Position numbers and translations under genes: made by a program. Shown in pieces: positions 36,793 to 46,643 of a stretch of 64,000 nt of DNA. Under the pieces are notes generated by a model. It did no database searches. It worked only from the letters and a program-made list of their open reading frames with translations, and was not told where the DNA came from. Origin of the DNA: a bacterium (GTDB taxonomy: Bacteria; Zhuqueibacterota; Zhuqueibacteria; Residuimicrobiales; Oceaniaggregativiventaceae); NCBI GenBank assembly GCA_029565675.1, contig JAKQNP010000021.1, forward strand, positions 97,630 through 161,629, read 5' to 3'. Position 1 is the first letter of the stretch, and each line of letters begins with the position of its first letter.

Positions 36793-38368
36793 CACGCCGA
36801 ATCGATGGAAAATTTCCAAGATTTCAATGATCTTTTCCCTGGTCTTATTGATTTTGGTATCCGGATGGCATATCGGTACTCGTTTTCTGCGTTCCGGCCG
36901 CTCTGCAAACCAGAGCGTGCGCATTGCAGTCCTGCCTTTTCAAAACCAGACTGGGGACAAAGCGAGCGATTTGCCGATCCTCATTCAGTCGGTAATCGTT
37001 GGCGAATTGCTGGGTGTAGATGAACTAAAAATAATCGACCCTTACAGCCTGAACACGATGATCGAAAGTTCTTTCGCCGGTTTTGAGTTGAAGAGAGAAA
37101 CGCCGTTTTTTCACGCGCTGCGCAATCTTGAAATTGCTTTTATCATCAATGGCGCCATCGTTAAAACCGGAGACCAGTATTTGATTCAATCGAGTATAAC
37201 CAATCTCTTGAATTCGGAAATCATCTTTACAAACAGCATCGCGATAGAAAATGAAGATGTCCTTCCGATTCTTCGAAATCTGGCGCAAAAAATATTATAT
37301 TGTTTTCAGATCAAAATCTTGGCCTATGATCAGGAGAAGGACCTGAGACCCTGGCTGAAAACCGATTCACAGAATCTTTCTGCCATTCGAGCTTTTATTC
37401 AGGCCAGTCGGTATAACTATCAAAGAGAATCCGAACTTGCTGAACGATACCTCCGTCAAGCCATCGAACTCGATTCCGCTTTTATCTCGCCGCGAATTTG
37501 GCTTATCTCCAAGTTGGTCGAGAAGGACGATCTCACGGAAGCTTCCTTACACTATCGGCAGCTTGTTGCCCTTCAGCTGCGAGCCAGTCCTTTCGAACAG
37601 GTAATGATCGATTGGGCAGGCGCCTGTATCGAACAAGATAGTGCTAAGCAGGCGCGCTATTTAGCCCTGGCTCTGGATTATTCGCCCCATAACGATATTT
37701 TGCTTTTTTCGCTGGCCCGACTGCGCTACATCATGGGCGATAATCAGGAAAGCATTGAGGCCTTGAACGATCTGATTAAATTGAAAACCAAATTTTCTCC
37801 GACCTATTACCTGTTGGGAGCGAATTACTTTCAGCTTGAAAGGTATAAAGATGCCCGGGAAACGCTGGAAGGAGCGCTGGTGTACAAACCTGTTGAACCC
37901 TTGATCTATAGTTTGTTGGCCAGATTGAGCATCTTCGACGGCGATACTGCCAAAGCCCTGTACTATGAAAAACTGTATTTGAACCGTATCAGCGAACAAA
38001 GAATGCCCCTGAGCAAGGCCTATGAAAATCTCGCCCTGCAAAACCATGCCCATGATCGGTATGATGCGGCGATTGGCTATTTCCGTTTGGCCATTGCAGC
38101 AGATGAGAATCGTGCAGAATATCACAAAGGATTGGCGGACGTTTTGTTCGAGAAGGGATTGGCGGATTCAGCGGCAGGCGAATACAGAACGGCTCTGAGG
38201 CTCGATCCGAACGACGCCGATTCGCATTATAGACTTGGCCGGATTTTTCAACAAAAAAATACAGCCGATCTGGCCATCAGCCATTATCGTGCTTATCTGC
38301 AACTGGATTCATCGAGCACAAAGTCGACGATGGTCAGAAAGTTTTTAAAGCAATTGCAGCCCGACTAG
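36719..38368 (+). CDS. C-terminal portion of the same Ser/Thr kinase gene (juxtamembrane segment, TM helix, IAVLPF-motif TolB-like region and TPR repeats), in the +1 frame relative to the kinase domain
   Basis: ...VKVLEWLKTRE...ISMIFSLVLLILVSGW (TM), IAVLPFQNQTGD, then multiple TPR-like repeats (AIGYFRLAIAADENRAEYHKGLADVLFEKG...). Confidence 0.7.
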   Translation, partial: RPQSMVKVLEWLKTRESRSTKNVFSTPNRWKISKISMIFSLVLLILVSGWHIGTRFLRSGRSANQSVRIAVLPFQNQTGDKASDLPILIQSVIVGELLGVDELKIIDPYSLNTMIESSFAGFELKRETPFFHALRNLEIAFIINGAIVKTGDQYLIQSSITNLLNSEIIFTNSIAIENEDVLPILRNLAQKILYCFQIKILAYDQEKDLRPWLKTDSQNLSAIRAFIQASRYNYQRESELAERYLRQAIELDSAFISPRIWLISKLVEKDDLTEASLHYRQLVALQLRASPFEQVMIDWAGACIEQDSAKQARYLALALDYSPHNDILLFSLARLRYIMGDNQESIEALNDLIKLKTKFSPTYYLLGANYFQLERYKDARETLEGALVYKPVEPLIYSLLARLSIFDGDTAKALYYEKLYLNRISEQRMPLSKAYENLALQNHAHDRYDAAIGYFRLAIAADENRAEYHKGLADVLFEKGLADSAAGEYRTALRLDPNDADSHYRLGRIFQQKNTADLAISHYRAYLQLDSSSTKSTMVRKFLKQLQPD

Positions 38369-38400
38369 GTCTTCGTCTGTCACCAACCCGGGAGGAAAAA

Positions 38401-38826
38401 ATGAAACGGGAGAAAAAATCGCAAAACAAAAGAGTCGGTATCAAAGATGTTTATGTTCTCGCTTGTACCGACAGGAAATTTCTCAAAGCGCTGTTAAAAA
38501 ATGCGGACAAAGCTCTCGATGCGTACAAGATCAAGCTGAGCAAATCGGCTCGACAGGAGCTGGTCACCATGCTCGATGCTCAACTGGACATCAAAGGCAG
38601 GGATCTTGTGAGTTATCTGAATAAATTTTACTCCAGCGCCCATAAAGGCATCAGACTGCCGCCGCCTCCTCCGCCGCCGTGGGAGGTTATCGTACCGCCG
38701 GGAAAAAGGTCGTGGGACGAATTGACAGAACTCATCCGAGTTGAAAATCGCAAATTGCTGCAAGAGCTGATGGAGAAATTGCCTGGTGGCGCAGAAAAAC
38801 CCGAGGAGCCTGGTGAAATCGGTTGA
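38401..38826 (+). CDS. hypothetical small protein with a polyproline tract
   Basis: ORF with a plausible RBS. Contains RLPPPPPPPWEVIVPPGKR. No family recognised. Confidence 0.4.
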   Translation: MKREKKSQNKRVGIKDVYVLACTDRKFLKALLKNADKALDAYKIKLSKSARQELVTMLDAQLDIKGRDLVSYLNKFYSSAHKGIRLPPPPPPPWEVIVPPGKRSWDELTELIRVENRKLLQELMEKLPGGAEKPEEPGEIG

Positions 38827-39796
38827 TTCCAAAATCAATATCCGCCTGCAGACATTGATTCGATCATGGCCGCAAACCCTTGCCGGAGATTTCAGCGACT
38901 ATTGCTTAAGGCTGCACAGAGCTGATGCCTGTCAAGCAGAATCATCTGCGACCGGATGCTCCTATCCCTATTGGATCCTGTTGCCTCTTTGGTTGGAAAG
39001 CAAATATCAGGCAGCCCCCCAAAAGAGCGCCGAAACCTTTTTCGCCGATGTGTTGTGGGCGGAATATTGCCTTTTTCTTTCGCTGCGCCTTCAGGATGAT
39101 ATTTTTGACCTGCAGACAGATAAATTCTCGCTTCTTTTTGCCGCCAACCTGGTTTTTCTGGAAGCAGAGGATGTGCTTTCGCGATATTTCGATTGCTCCA
39201 GTGAATTTTTGACAACATTTCGCCAGTGTCAGCGACAAAGTTTGTGTGCCATTGCAGAAAATGCGAATCTGCACCAGTCTCTGCAAAGATCCCCCGGCAA
39301 GCTGCTGGCCGGCTATGCCAAAGTCGCCTCGATTTTCGACATCGGCTTGGCCGCAATTTGCATTTTCTGCGAACGGCAAGATGATTTGCCTCACCTGATC
39401 AAATTTTCCGCGTCGATGGCCATTGCCGGTCAGATCATCGATGACCTTGAAGATATCGAGGAGGATCTGATTGGCGGAAAATACAATTATGCGGTTCAAC
39501 GGCTGCTGCGGCAGTGCGTTATAAACACAATTGAGCCAGAGACTATTTTAGCGATTGTTGGCAAAGAAATGCTCCTGTCGGAAGGCCTCAGCGCCTTGTG
39601 CGGAGAAATTCGCCGACATCTCACGCTCGCCGAGAAAGCCATCAAGCCGCTCGGTCTGCCGGAAGCGGTTCGCATGGTGCAATGGTATAAAATGGGTATG
39701 GATCAGATGCAAGAACGATTGCTTATCGGTCGCGTCGACTGGATTTTTAAAAAATATGGAATCAATTGCCGAACAAATATCCGCATATTGAATTGA
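38786..39796 (+). CDS. divergent squalene/phytoene-synthase-like (SQS_PSY, class I isoprenoid synthase fold) protein
   Basis: GTG start. First Asp-rich motif LRLQDDIFDLQTD. Second motif AGQIIDDLEDIEEDLIGGKYNY resembles the SQS/PSY AFQLTNIxRDVxEDxxxGRxYLP motif. Assigned by eye. Confidence 0.45.
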   Translation: MAQKNPRSLVKSVDSKINIRLQTLIRSWPQTLAGDFSDYCLRLHRADACQAESSATGCSYPYWILLPLWLESKYQAAPQKSAETFFADVLWAEYCLFLSLRLQDDIFDLQTDKFSLLFAANLVFLEAEDVLSRYFDCSSEFLTTFRQCQRQSLCAIAENANLHQSLQRSPGKLLAGYAKVASIFDIGLAAICIFCERQDDLPHLIKFSASMAIAGQIIDDLEDIEEDLIGGKYNYAVQRLLRQCVINTIEPETILAIVGKEMLLSEGLSALCGEIRRHLTLAEKAIKPLGLPEAVRMVQWYKMGMDQMQERLLIGRVDWIFKKYGINCRTNIRILN

Positions 39797-40104
39797 ATCG
39801 GATACGAAAATACATTGCCGAAAATCCCTTGCATTGGGATTCGGACAAAAGACGACGATAAAAATGCACTACAACCAGATGATCGCACTGGATCCCCGAT
39901 TCGCCGAGGCGTGGGCCTATCTATCAATCGCCCACCATGATCTCTATTGGGCATTTGATCGGCCTGCGGAATTACCGCTTGTAATAGAAGCTGCGAAAAA
40001 GGCTCAGGAGGCTTTTTCACAATCGCATAAAGAAAAAACGATTGAATGTTTTTAGATTCGGTTACCACCAAATCCGGGTTAGAGCCTTGTAGGAGGATCA
40101 TGCA

Positions 40105-40635
40105 ATGAAAAAATTCAACCACTTCTTTTTCAGTGCTTTATTGCTCAGCATAATTGCACTTCATGCCCAGGAGAAAAATTTTACTTTTCGCATACCGGTT
40201 GAACTTTACTCGATCCCGGCAGATATCAAGTCTTTCAGTGTAAATGTTGAAATTTATGACCGTGAATTCAATGCAGAGGGTTATCCTATACCGGGATCAC
40301 TAATCGGTTATGGGAATCCAGGCCTAATTCCGATTGTGGATGGCGAATATGTTGACACGGTCGTCGTAAGCTTCAATGAAGGACTCAGAAAAGATCCGGC
40401 AAAAGCTGTTTTTTGGAGTGTGGTTCTTACCTTGTTTGGGCCGCCAGGATACCAGGGTGGGGTTTTTAATGCAATGGGCCCTGATACACCCTATCCGTAT
40501 GACCCAACGAAACCGCTTGTCTACGCTCTGACTGGTTATATTGCCCAAACTGCACAATCTCAGCAATCCCCTAAGAAAATAGATTATCCCCTGGAGTACC
40601 TCAGAGAGCAGGCACCCAACATTCTCAGAAAGTAG
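40105..40635 (+). CDS. secreted hypothetical protein in a low-GC island
   Basis: Signal peptide MKKFNHFFFSALLLSIIALHA. No family recognised. Confidence 0.45.
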   Translation: MKKFNHFFFSALLLSIIALHAQEKNFTFRIPVELYSIPADIKSFSVNVEIYDREFNAEGYPIPGSLIGYGNPGLIPIVDGEYVDTVVVSFNEGLRKDPAKAVFWSVVLTLFGPPGYQGGVFNAMGPDTPYPYDPTKPLVYALTGYIAQTAQSQQSPKKIDYPLEYLREQAPNILRK

Positions 40636-40757
40636 GTGCGATCAACGGTGTCCTGGCATCAGTCGGGGCACTAAAAAGGTGCAATCAAAAAGCAGGAGTC
40701 CAGGCCGTCAAGACCACCTTGGGACCGAGAACCGGCACAAAATAGGTTCGGCAGTGG

Positions 40758-41168
40758 CTATTCTTGCGGTTGATGCAGCTCGACCAACAGATAATGCTGA
40801 TAGCGGTTAAAATCGTCGTCCAATGTAAAGATCGGCAGGTGATGGCGAGCGGCCACGGCGCAGATGAGAAAATTGGTGTTCGATCCCTGAATTCTGTTGC
40901 GGCGACAGAGAATAAAGAATTCCGCCGCTTTTTCATAGTCGTTCGTGCCGATCGGCAAATCCGGAAACGGCTCTAGATAGAGGCGCAGTTTTTCGAATTG
41001 CGCATCGAATCGGATTCCCGACAACAGCTCCTGGCGAACAGGGCCGATCATCTGCACCCACCCCTTGTCGATGAGTCGTCCCAGTTCCTCGGTGACCTTG
41101 GGCTCTCCTTCGGTTCCGGTTCGGCGCAATGCCAGCAACCACACCGATGTATCGACGAGAACTTTCAT
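40758..41168 (-). CDS. vapC: type II toxin VapC (PIN-domain ribonuclease)
   Basis: MKVLVDTSVWLLAL...; acidic PIN residues. It overlaps the upstream antitoxin by 4 bp. Confidence 0.8.
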   Translation of the reverse strand: MKVLVDTSVWLLALRRTGTEGEPKVTEELGRLIDKGWVQMIGPVRQELLSGIRFDAQFEKLRLYLEPFPDLPIGTNDYEKAAEFFILCRRNRIQGSNTNFLICAVAARHHLPIFTLDDDFNRYQHYLLVELHQPQE

Positions 41169-41365
41169 TCTCTTGCCCGCTGCTTTTTATAGTCGGTTTC
41201 GGAATCATAGACAATGGATCCGAACAACTCCTTGATTCTAAGCTGTTCGCGTCTTTGTATATACTCGACCAGCGCTTCGGTTACGGCCGCTTTTTTCGTC
41301 CGGTGTTTGCCGATGGCTCGCGCTTTTTCGATCAGCTTGTCATCTAAAGCCAGATTGGTGGGCAT
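41165..41365 (-). CDS. vapB: type II antitoxin VapB-like
   Basis: A 66-aa protein directly upstream of, and overlapping, vapC. Confidence 0.65.
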   Translation of the reverse strand: MPTNLALDDKLIEKARAIGKHRTKKAAVTEALVEYIQRREQLRIKELFGSIVYDSETDYKKQRARE

Positions 41366-41639
41366 CCCGGGCCTCCGTTTTATTGGATGTCTTTACACAT
41401 TAATTTACACAAGATCGGGCTTGGATGCAAGGAGGATTTTTTTGCGATATGCCTGCCGATTTGTTCTGAATAAAATGGTCAACTTTCTACAGGTTTTACG
41501 GGCTGATCCATACGAGTCATCCTGTTGGATTGAGTCAGGCTTGCTGAGGGGAGGGGAAGAATCGGAGTTTCATATTGTGTTTATAGAGTGTGGAATTTGC
41601 CTTCCCGCACCATCTGTCTGGTTATTCTGTGGCATATTT

Positions 41640-43169
41640 CTATTCGCCAAACCGGAAAGCAAATACATCCGCCTCCCGCAGTATCAGGTGCAGGCGCACC
41701 GGTTTGCCCTGTAGCGAACTCAGATCGCTCGATTCGTTCCAGCAGACCGTGTACGCCAGATTATCTCCAAAGATCGGTTCACATGCCTCGAGCTCGAAAC
41801 CAGGGATAGCTTGTCCGTCCGCTTTCAGCAATTCGACCCGAATTTCGCCTGCGGCCGAAGTGGCGAAATTCAGCTCGAGCCGGTTGCCGCCAAAGAGCAG
41901 GGGTTTGGAGATCCACTCGCCTCCCTCAGCCGGTGCATAGAGAGAAGCGAATCCGTCCAGGCGCAGGGTATAGCGCCGCAGCCGCGACCAGTCGCCGGTG
42001 AAATAGCTCTCGGTGGCATAGAGGGAGAGCTCGCGCGGTTGGTCATCGAAAGCGGATTCGGTCTCGACTGCGTGCCAGGCAATATAGTTGTCGCCATACG
42101 CCCAATTGTGCCGGGTCCGCAAGCCGGGTCGGAGAAACCCCTCATTCCAGCGAAAAAAACGGCGGCCGTCGCGGCTGCTGATGAGCAGGGCATCGGTCAC
42201 CGCCGAGCCATAGCGCACCTGGCCTTTGGCGCGGTCGCGGCGCAACTCGAGAGAAGGCAGGGCATCGGTGGCGCGAATCCAGCCCCGATCGCAGTAACGC
42301 GCCGGAAATCCGATCAGCAGATGCGGAGCGCGGTCATAGGGACGGATTTGATTGGTGTAGAATTGCTCGCGGGCATTGGGGCCGCGCATTCCAAAATCGA
42401 CCAACCCCTGCTTTTCCCAGTGCACAAAATCTTGCGATACCGCCCGGGCGATATTCCGAATCTCGTTCACTGTTTTGCGGTAGTAGAGCACATACTGCTG
42501 TTCAACTTGTGACCAGAAGGCGGTGTTTTGGGTGTCAAAGACCCAGCCGTTTTCGCGGATGATAAAATCGTCCTGCACGAGATGCCAGTGAATGGCGTCG
42601 GCCGACACGAAACCGTACAAGCCCGTGCTGTCCTCCTCGAGACCGCGGACGAATCCCACGGCTTTGTAGCGCTGTTCCGGCAGGGCGGCCGGATTGCGAT
42701 CGATAAAAGGGGAAAAATCGTGGCAGCCGTGGCCCTGCACCTGGTCGAAGAGGATATTGTTGTGCGTCGAGCCGGCGAACTCCACCAGACCGAGATCGGG
42801 CTTGATCCAGTGAATGCCGTCCCGGCTTTCGGCATAGCAGATCACCACCGGATTGCTCACATCGCCTCCTCGAGCGATATTCCAGGCCTTGTAGGTCATG
42901 CGGTAGAGGCTGTCGTCTTGAAAGACCGTGTGGTAGCCGCAGGCATTGCCCTCCCAGGGCGCATCGTGCAGCAACGCAATCTCTTGCCGAACCGGGTGAT
43001 GCAGACGCAGTTCCGCTCGACCGATCAGCGTATCGGTCAGCGCCAGGTCGATAAACAGTTCGCGGCGATCGCCGACTGAAATGGCCTGCGGTTCGGCAGC
43101 CGGCAAGCTGTTCATCTGGATTCCAACCCAGACGACGAAAACAAAGGCCAATCTGGCTATTTTGGTCAT
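41640..43169 (-). CDS. secreted beta-propeller glycoside-hydrolase-like protein (GH43/GH32/GH130-like superfamily)
   Basis: Signal peptide MTKIARLAFVFVVWVG. Motifs ICYAESRDGIHWIKP and VSQDFVHWEK are typical of five-bladed propeller GHs. The family assignment is uncertain. Confidence 0.45.
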   Translation of the reverse strand: MTKIARLAFVFVVWVGIQMNSLPAAEPQAISVGDRRELFIDLALTDTLIGRAELRLHHPVRQEIALLHDAPWEGNACGYHTVFQDDSLYRMTYKAWNIARGGDVSNPVVICYAESRDGIHWIKPDLGLVEFAGSTHNNILFDQVQGHGCHDFSPFIDRNPAALPEQRYKAVGFVRGLEEDSTGLYGFVSADAIHWHLVQDDFIIRENGWVFDTQNTAFWSQVEQQYVLYYRKTVNEIRNIARAVSQDFVHWEKQGLVDFGMRGPNAREQFYTNQIRPYDRAPHLLIGFPARYCDRGWIRATDALPSLELRRDRAKGQVRYGSAVTDALLISSRDGRRFFRWNEGFLRPGLRTRHNWAYGDNYIAWHAVETESAFDDQPRELSLYATESYFTGDWSRLRRYTLRLDGFASLYAPAEGGEWISKPLLFGGNRLELNFATSAAGEIRVELLKADGQAIPGFELEACEPIFGDNLAYTVCWNESSDLSSLQGKPVRLHLILREADVFAFRFGE

Positions 43170-43749
43170 TGAATTCACTCCTATTGAATGCAAAGCAATT
43201 TTCGCAAAGGAACGCCGGGGAAAATAACCAGAAAAAACGTTCTTTTCAACCCCCTTTGTGTACAAAACCGAGTATTGTGACAAGAACAACTCTCGATGGC
43301 CGGCACCTGCGCGATACGGTAATTTAATTTCTATAAAGCCGACAGCTTGATCAAATTGCGATATTTGGGTACTCCAAAAGGGGAGAGCAGCTGATCAATG
43401 TTGTGGCAAAAGGGATACAAATTCCTTAAATTGGACTGCTCTCGCGGTGCCAGAACGAACCACAGGGATCAATCTGCTTGCTAAAGATGGCTGTTTTCAG
43501 GGCTTATCGCAGCACTGATCCAAACAACGGTTGGCGTCGGTCTGCACCTTGATTTTCAGGTCATCGATCATGGATCGCTGTTTTTGCCAACGAAAGAGGG
43601 CAACTTTCAGGCATCGTTTTTCAACCCAGAGAAGGAGCACAACACCATCCCATTCTGGCCGAATGATCGCTCGCTTCTTGCAGATGGAGTGCAGGAGAGC
43701 TGCCTTTGATTTTATGCCATGCGGAAAACCATAATCCAGGAGGAACAGC

Positions 43750-46533
43750 ATGCCGTTCAAGGTTCTGATCGTTTCGTTAATCCTTTTCTTGTTCCCGCTG
43801 ATCGTCTATGCCAGATCTGTAAATATCCCCCTGCCCGAGCATCCGCGTCCGGATTTTATGCGGCAGCAGTGGCTCAATCTCAACGGCGAGTGGTCGTTTC
43901 GCTTCGACCTCGCCGATGCGGGGGAGAAAGAAAAGTGGTTTTTGCACGGCGAATCGTTTGCGGACAGGATCACCGTTCCCTTTTCCTGGGGGGCTCCGCT
44001 TTCCGGCATCGAAGACAAAGCGGATATCGGCTGGTACTCGCGGCCAATCGAAATCCCCAAAACCTGGCTGGCGCAGCGGGTGTTTCTCGTCATCGGCGCC
44101 TGCGATTGGCGCACCTCCGCCTGGCTGGACGGCACTTCGCTGGGAACCCATCAGGGCGGGTATACACCGTTCGAGTTCGAATTGACCGAGCATCTTGTCG
44201 CCGGCAAAACCCAGAATCTGGTGCTGCGAGTCGATGACACACCGCATGAGTTCAAACTGGAGGGCAAACAGGGATACGGTCCCGCCCGCGGCATCTGGCA
44301 GACCGCCTACCTGGAAGCGCGCGCAAATACAGCCCTGAAAACGGTTCATATCACTCCGGATATCGACAACGAACGGGCGCTGGTCGATTTGACTCTGCTC
44401 GAACCCGCGGTTTCGACCTGCATTGCCGAGATCGTTTTCCTGAACAGCGAGCTCAAAGGCCGCAGCTTTGCCACCCGCATCCGGGCCGGCCAACAGGCGG
44501 CATCTCTGGAAATCCCCATCCCCAATCCGCATTTGTGGTCTTTGCACGATCCCTTTCTTTACGACCTTCAGGTACGCCTCAAGGCAACCGACAGCGCCGT
44601 CGATTGCGTGCAGACCTATTTCGGGATGCGGAAAATTTCCGTGCAAAAACCGTTGGGGCTCGATTACACCTATGTGGCCTTGAACAACGAGCCGATCTAC
44701 CTGCAGATGACTCTGGATCAGGCATACCATCCGCAGGGATTCTATACCTTTCCATCCGATGAGTTCATGCGCGACGAGATCCTGCGCTCGCTGAAAATCG
44801 GGCTCAACTGCATGCGGATTCACGTCAAAATCGGCATTCCGCGCAAACTGTACTGGGCCGATAAACTCGGTTTGTTGATCATGGCCGATGTGCCCAACAG
44901 TTGGGGTGTGCCGGATGAAAAAATGCGGGCTGAGAGCGAGTACGCCATGCAACAGATGATCACACGGGATTATAACCACCCGTCGATCTTTTCCTGGGTG
45001 CTGTTCAACGAGACCTGGGGTTTGCAGGACAAGGACAAGATCTATCGACCCGAGATTCAACAGTGGGTAGCCGCTAGGGTTGCCGCAGCCAAAGCCATGG
45101 ACCCTTCTCGGCTGGTGGAAGACAACTCACCCTGTCAGGAAGACCACGTGGTCACCGATCTGAACACCTGGCATGCCTATTTGCCGGGCTATGCCTGGAA
45201 AGAGCATCTCGATCAGGTGGTGGCCAAAACCTACAGCGGGTCGCCATGGAATTTTACCGTGGGTTACAGCCAGGGAAGTCAACCCAATCTCAACAGCGAA
45301 TGCGGCAATGTCTGGGGCTATACGGGAAGCACCGGCGATGTGGATTGGTCGTGGGATTATCACCTGATGATCAACGAGTTTCGTCGCCATCCGCAAATCG
45401 GCGGTTGGCTCTATACCGAGCACCACGATGTCATCAACGAATGGAATGGCTATTACCGCTACGACCGTTCGGAAAAAGAGACTGGTTTGCAGGAACTGGT
45501 CGATGGGATGAGCCTCAAAGACCTGCACAGCCCGGTCTATATCGCCTCGGAGCGGCAGCTGTGCAAAACCGTTGCCGTCGGCGAAACCATCGCGGTTCCG
45601 CTTTTTCTGTCAGTGATGACGGGTCGGGATTTTGGCGAAAATCTGTTTCTCGAGATGGTACTGTACGGCTGGGATGATCTGGCTGAATTTTACCGCTTTT
45701 CGAGCAAAAAAATTACCCTTCCTTATCAGCCCTGGATGCAAAAAGAGCTGGATCCGGTTGCTCTCGAAATGCCGTTCGTGCAGGGATTAGCGATTTTGGC
45801 CATGCGGGTTTCTGACGCCGCCGGCACGGTGCTGCACCGCAACTTCACTTCGTATCGAATCATCGATACCGGTTCTGCCTCGCCTGCGGGGCAGGGTACA
45901 GCGGCAGCAACCCGTCATCTGCTGCGCATCGATCCGGCATCTTTTCGCTCATCCGCCTGGTCGCTCAAACAATGGACTATATTCGACGGCCACAAGATCA
46001 ACGGCGCCGGTCACGGTTATTTCGAATATGCGGTCGAATTGCCGCAAGAGATCGATATGGACGCCATCGAAACGGTCGTGTTCCGCGCCGAATTGTCTGC
46101 CAAACAGCTTTTCGGCAAAGACAAGGATATTGCCGATAAACCTCAGGACGGCAGTTACATGCGCGGCAAGGGCTATCACGATCCGGGCGCCAATTCAAAT
46201 GCCTATCCGATGACCGATGCGACCCGCTACCCAAGCCGGGTGCGCATTCGGGTCAATGGTCAGGCCGTCGATCTCTTTGACTTGCCCGATGATCCGGCCG
46301 ATCATCGCGGCATCCTCTCATGGCACGCGCAAAAACAGGATCGCACCCTGAATGAGGCCGGCTCATACGGCTATCTGATTTCCTGTCCTATCGATAAAAA
46401 ACTGATTCAAGATCGCACGGTGATCATCCGCCTCGAAGCAGACGAAGCGATGCCGGGCGGCCTGGCGATTTACGGCAAATCGTTTGGCCGTTATCCGCTG
46501 GATCCCACGCTGGTGATCAAGACCAAACCGTGA
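43750..46533 (+). CDS. glycoside hydrolase family 2 (beta-galactosidase/beta-glucuronidase-like) enzyme, secreted
   Basis: Signal peptide, the GH2 sugar-binding N-domain (IGWYSRPIEIP), and the TIM-barrel motif NHPSIFSWVLFNETWG. Confidence 0.8.
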   Translation: MPFKVLIVSLILFLFPLIVYARSVNIPLPEHPRPDFMRQQWLNLNGEWSFRFDLADAGEKEKWFLHGESFADRITVPFSWGAPLSGIEDKADIGWYSRPIEIPKTWLAQRVFLVIGACDWRTSAWLDGTSLGTHQGGYTPFEFELTEHLVAGKTQNLVLRVDDTPHEFKLEGKQGYGPARGIWQTAYLEARANTALKTVHITPDIDNERALVDLTLLEPAVSTCIAEIVFLNSELKGRSFATRIRAGQQAASLEIPIPNPHLWSLHDPFLYDLQVRLKATDSAVDCVQTYFGMRKISVQKPLGLDYTYVALNNEPIYLQMTLDQAYHPQGFYTFPSDEFMRDEILRSLKIGLNCMRIHVKIGIPRKLYWADKLGLLIMADVPNSWGVPDEKMRAESEYAMQQMITRDYNHPSIFSWVLFNETWGLQDKDKIYRPEIQQWVAARVAAAKAMDPSRLVEDNSPCQEDHVVTDLNTWHAYLPGYAWKEHLDQVVAKTYSGSPWNFTVGYSQGSQPNLNSECGNVWGYTGSTGDVDWSWDYHLMINEFRRHPQIGGWLYTEHHDVINEWNGYYRYDRSEKETGLQELVDGMSLKDLHSPVYIASERQLCKTVAVGETIAVPLFLSVMTGRDFGENLFLEMVLYGWDDLAEFYRFSSKKITLPYQPWMQKELDPVALEMPFVQGLAILAMRVSDAAGTVLHRNFTSYRIIDTGSASPAGQGTAAATRHLLRIDPASFRSSAWSLKQWTIFDGHKINGAGHGYFEYAVELPQEIDMDAIETVVFRAELSAKQLFGKDKDIADKPQDGSYMRGKGYHDPGANSNAYPMTDATRYPSRVRIRVNGQAVDLFDLPDDPADHRGILSWHAQKQDRTLNEAGSYGYLISCPIDKKLIQDRTVIIRLEADEAMPGGLAIYGKSFGRYPLDPTLVIKTKP

Positions 46534-46543
46534 CCAATAAAAG

Positions 46544-46573
46544 ATCCGGATTCGGTGCAAGCCGAATCCGGAT
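46544..46573. repeat. GATTCGG...CCGAATC hairpin repeat (12-bp stem ATCCGGATTCGG / CCGAATCCGGAT) between convergent genes
   Basis: Read directly. It is a member of the hairpin family also seen at 11519-11542, 11631-11653 and 52432-52455. Confidence 0.6.
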
Positions 46574-46643
46574 CAACGGATCATCCGCGGTATGCCCGGT
46601 TATCCTGCTGGATTCGTGTCTGTTTTTCTCTGGAGAAATTTTT

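Noticed and set aside
38401-38826. NHLP/Nif11-type RiPP precursor hypothesis for the 141-aa ORF
   Set aside because: The N-terminal helix is only loosely leader-like. There is no Cys/Ser/Thr-rich core after a GG motif and no maturase or transporter nearby.
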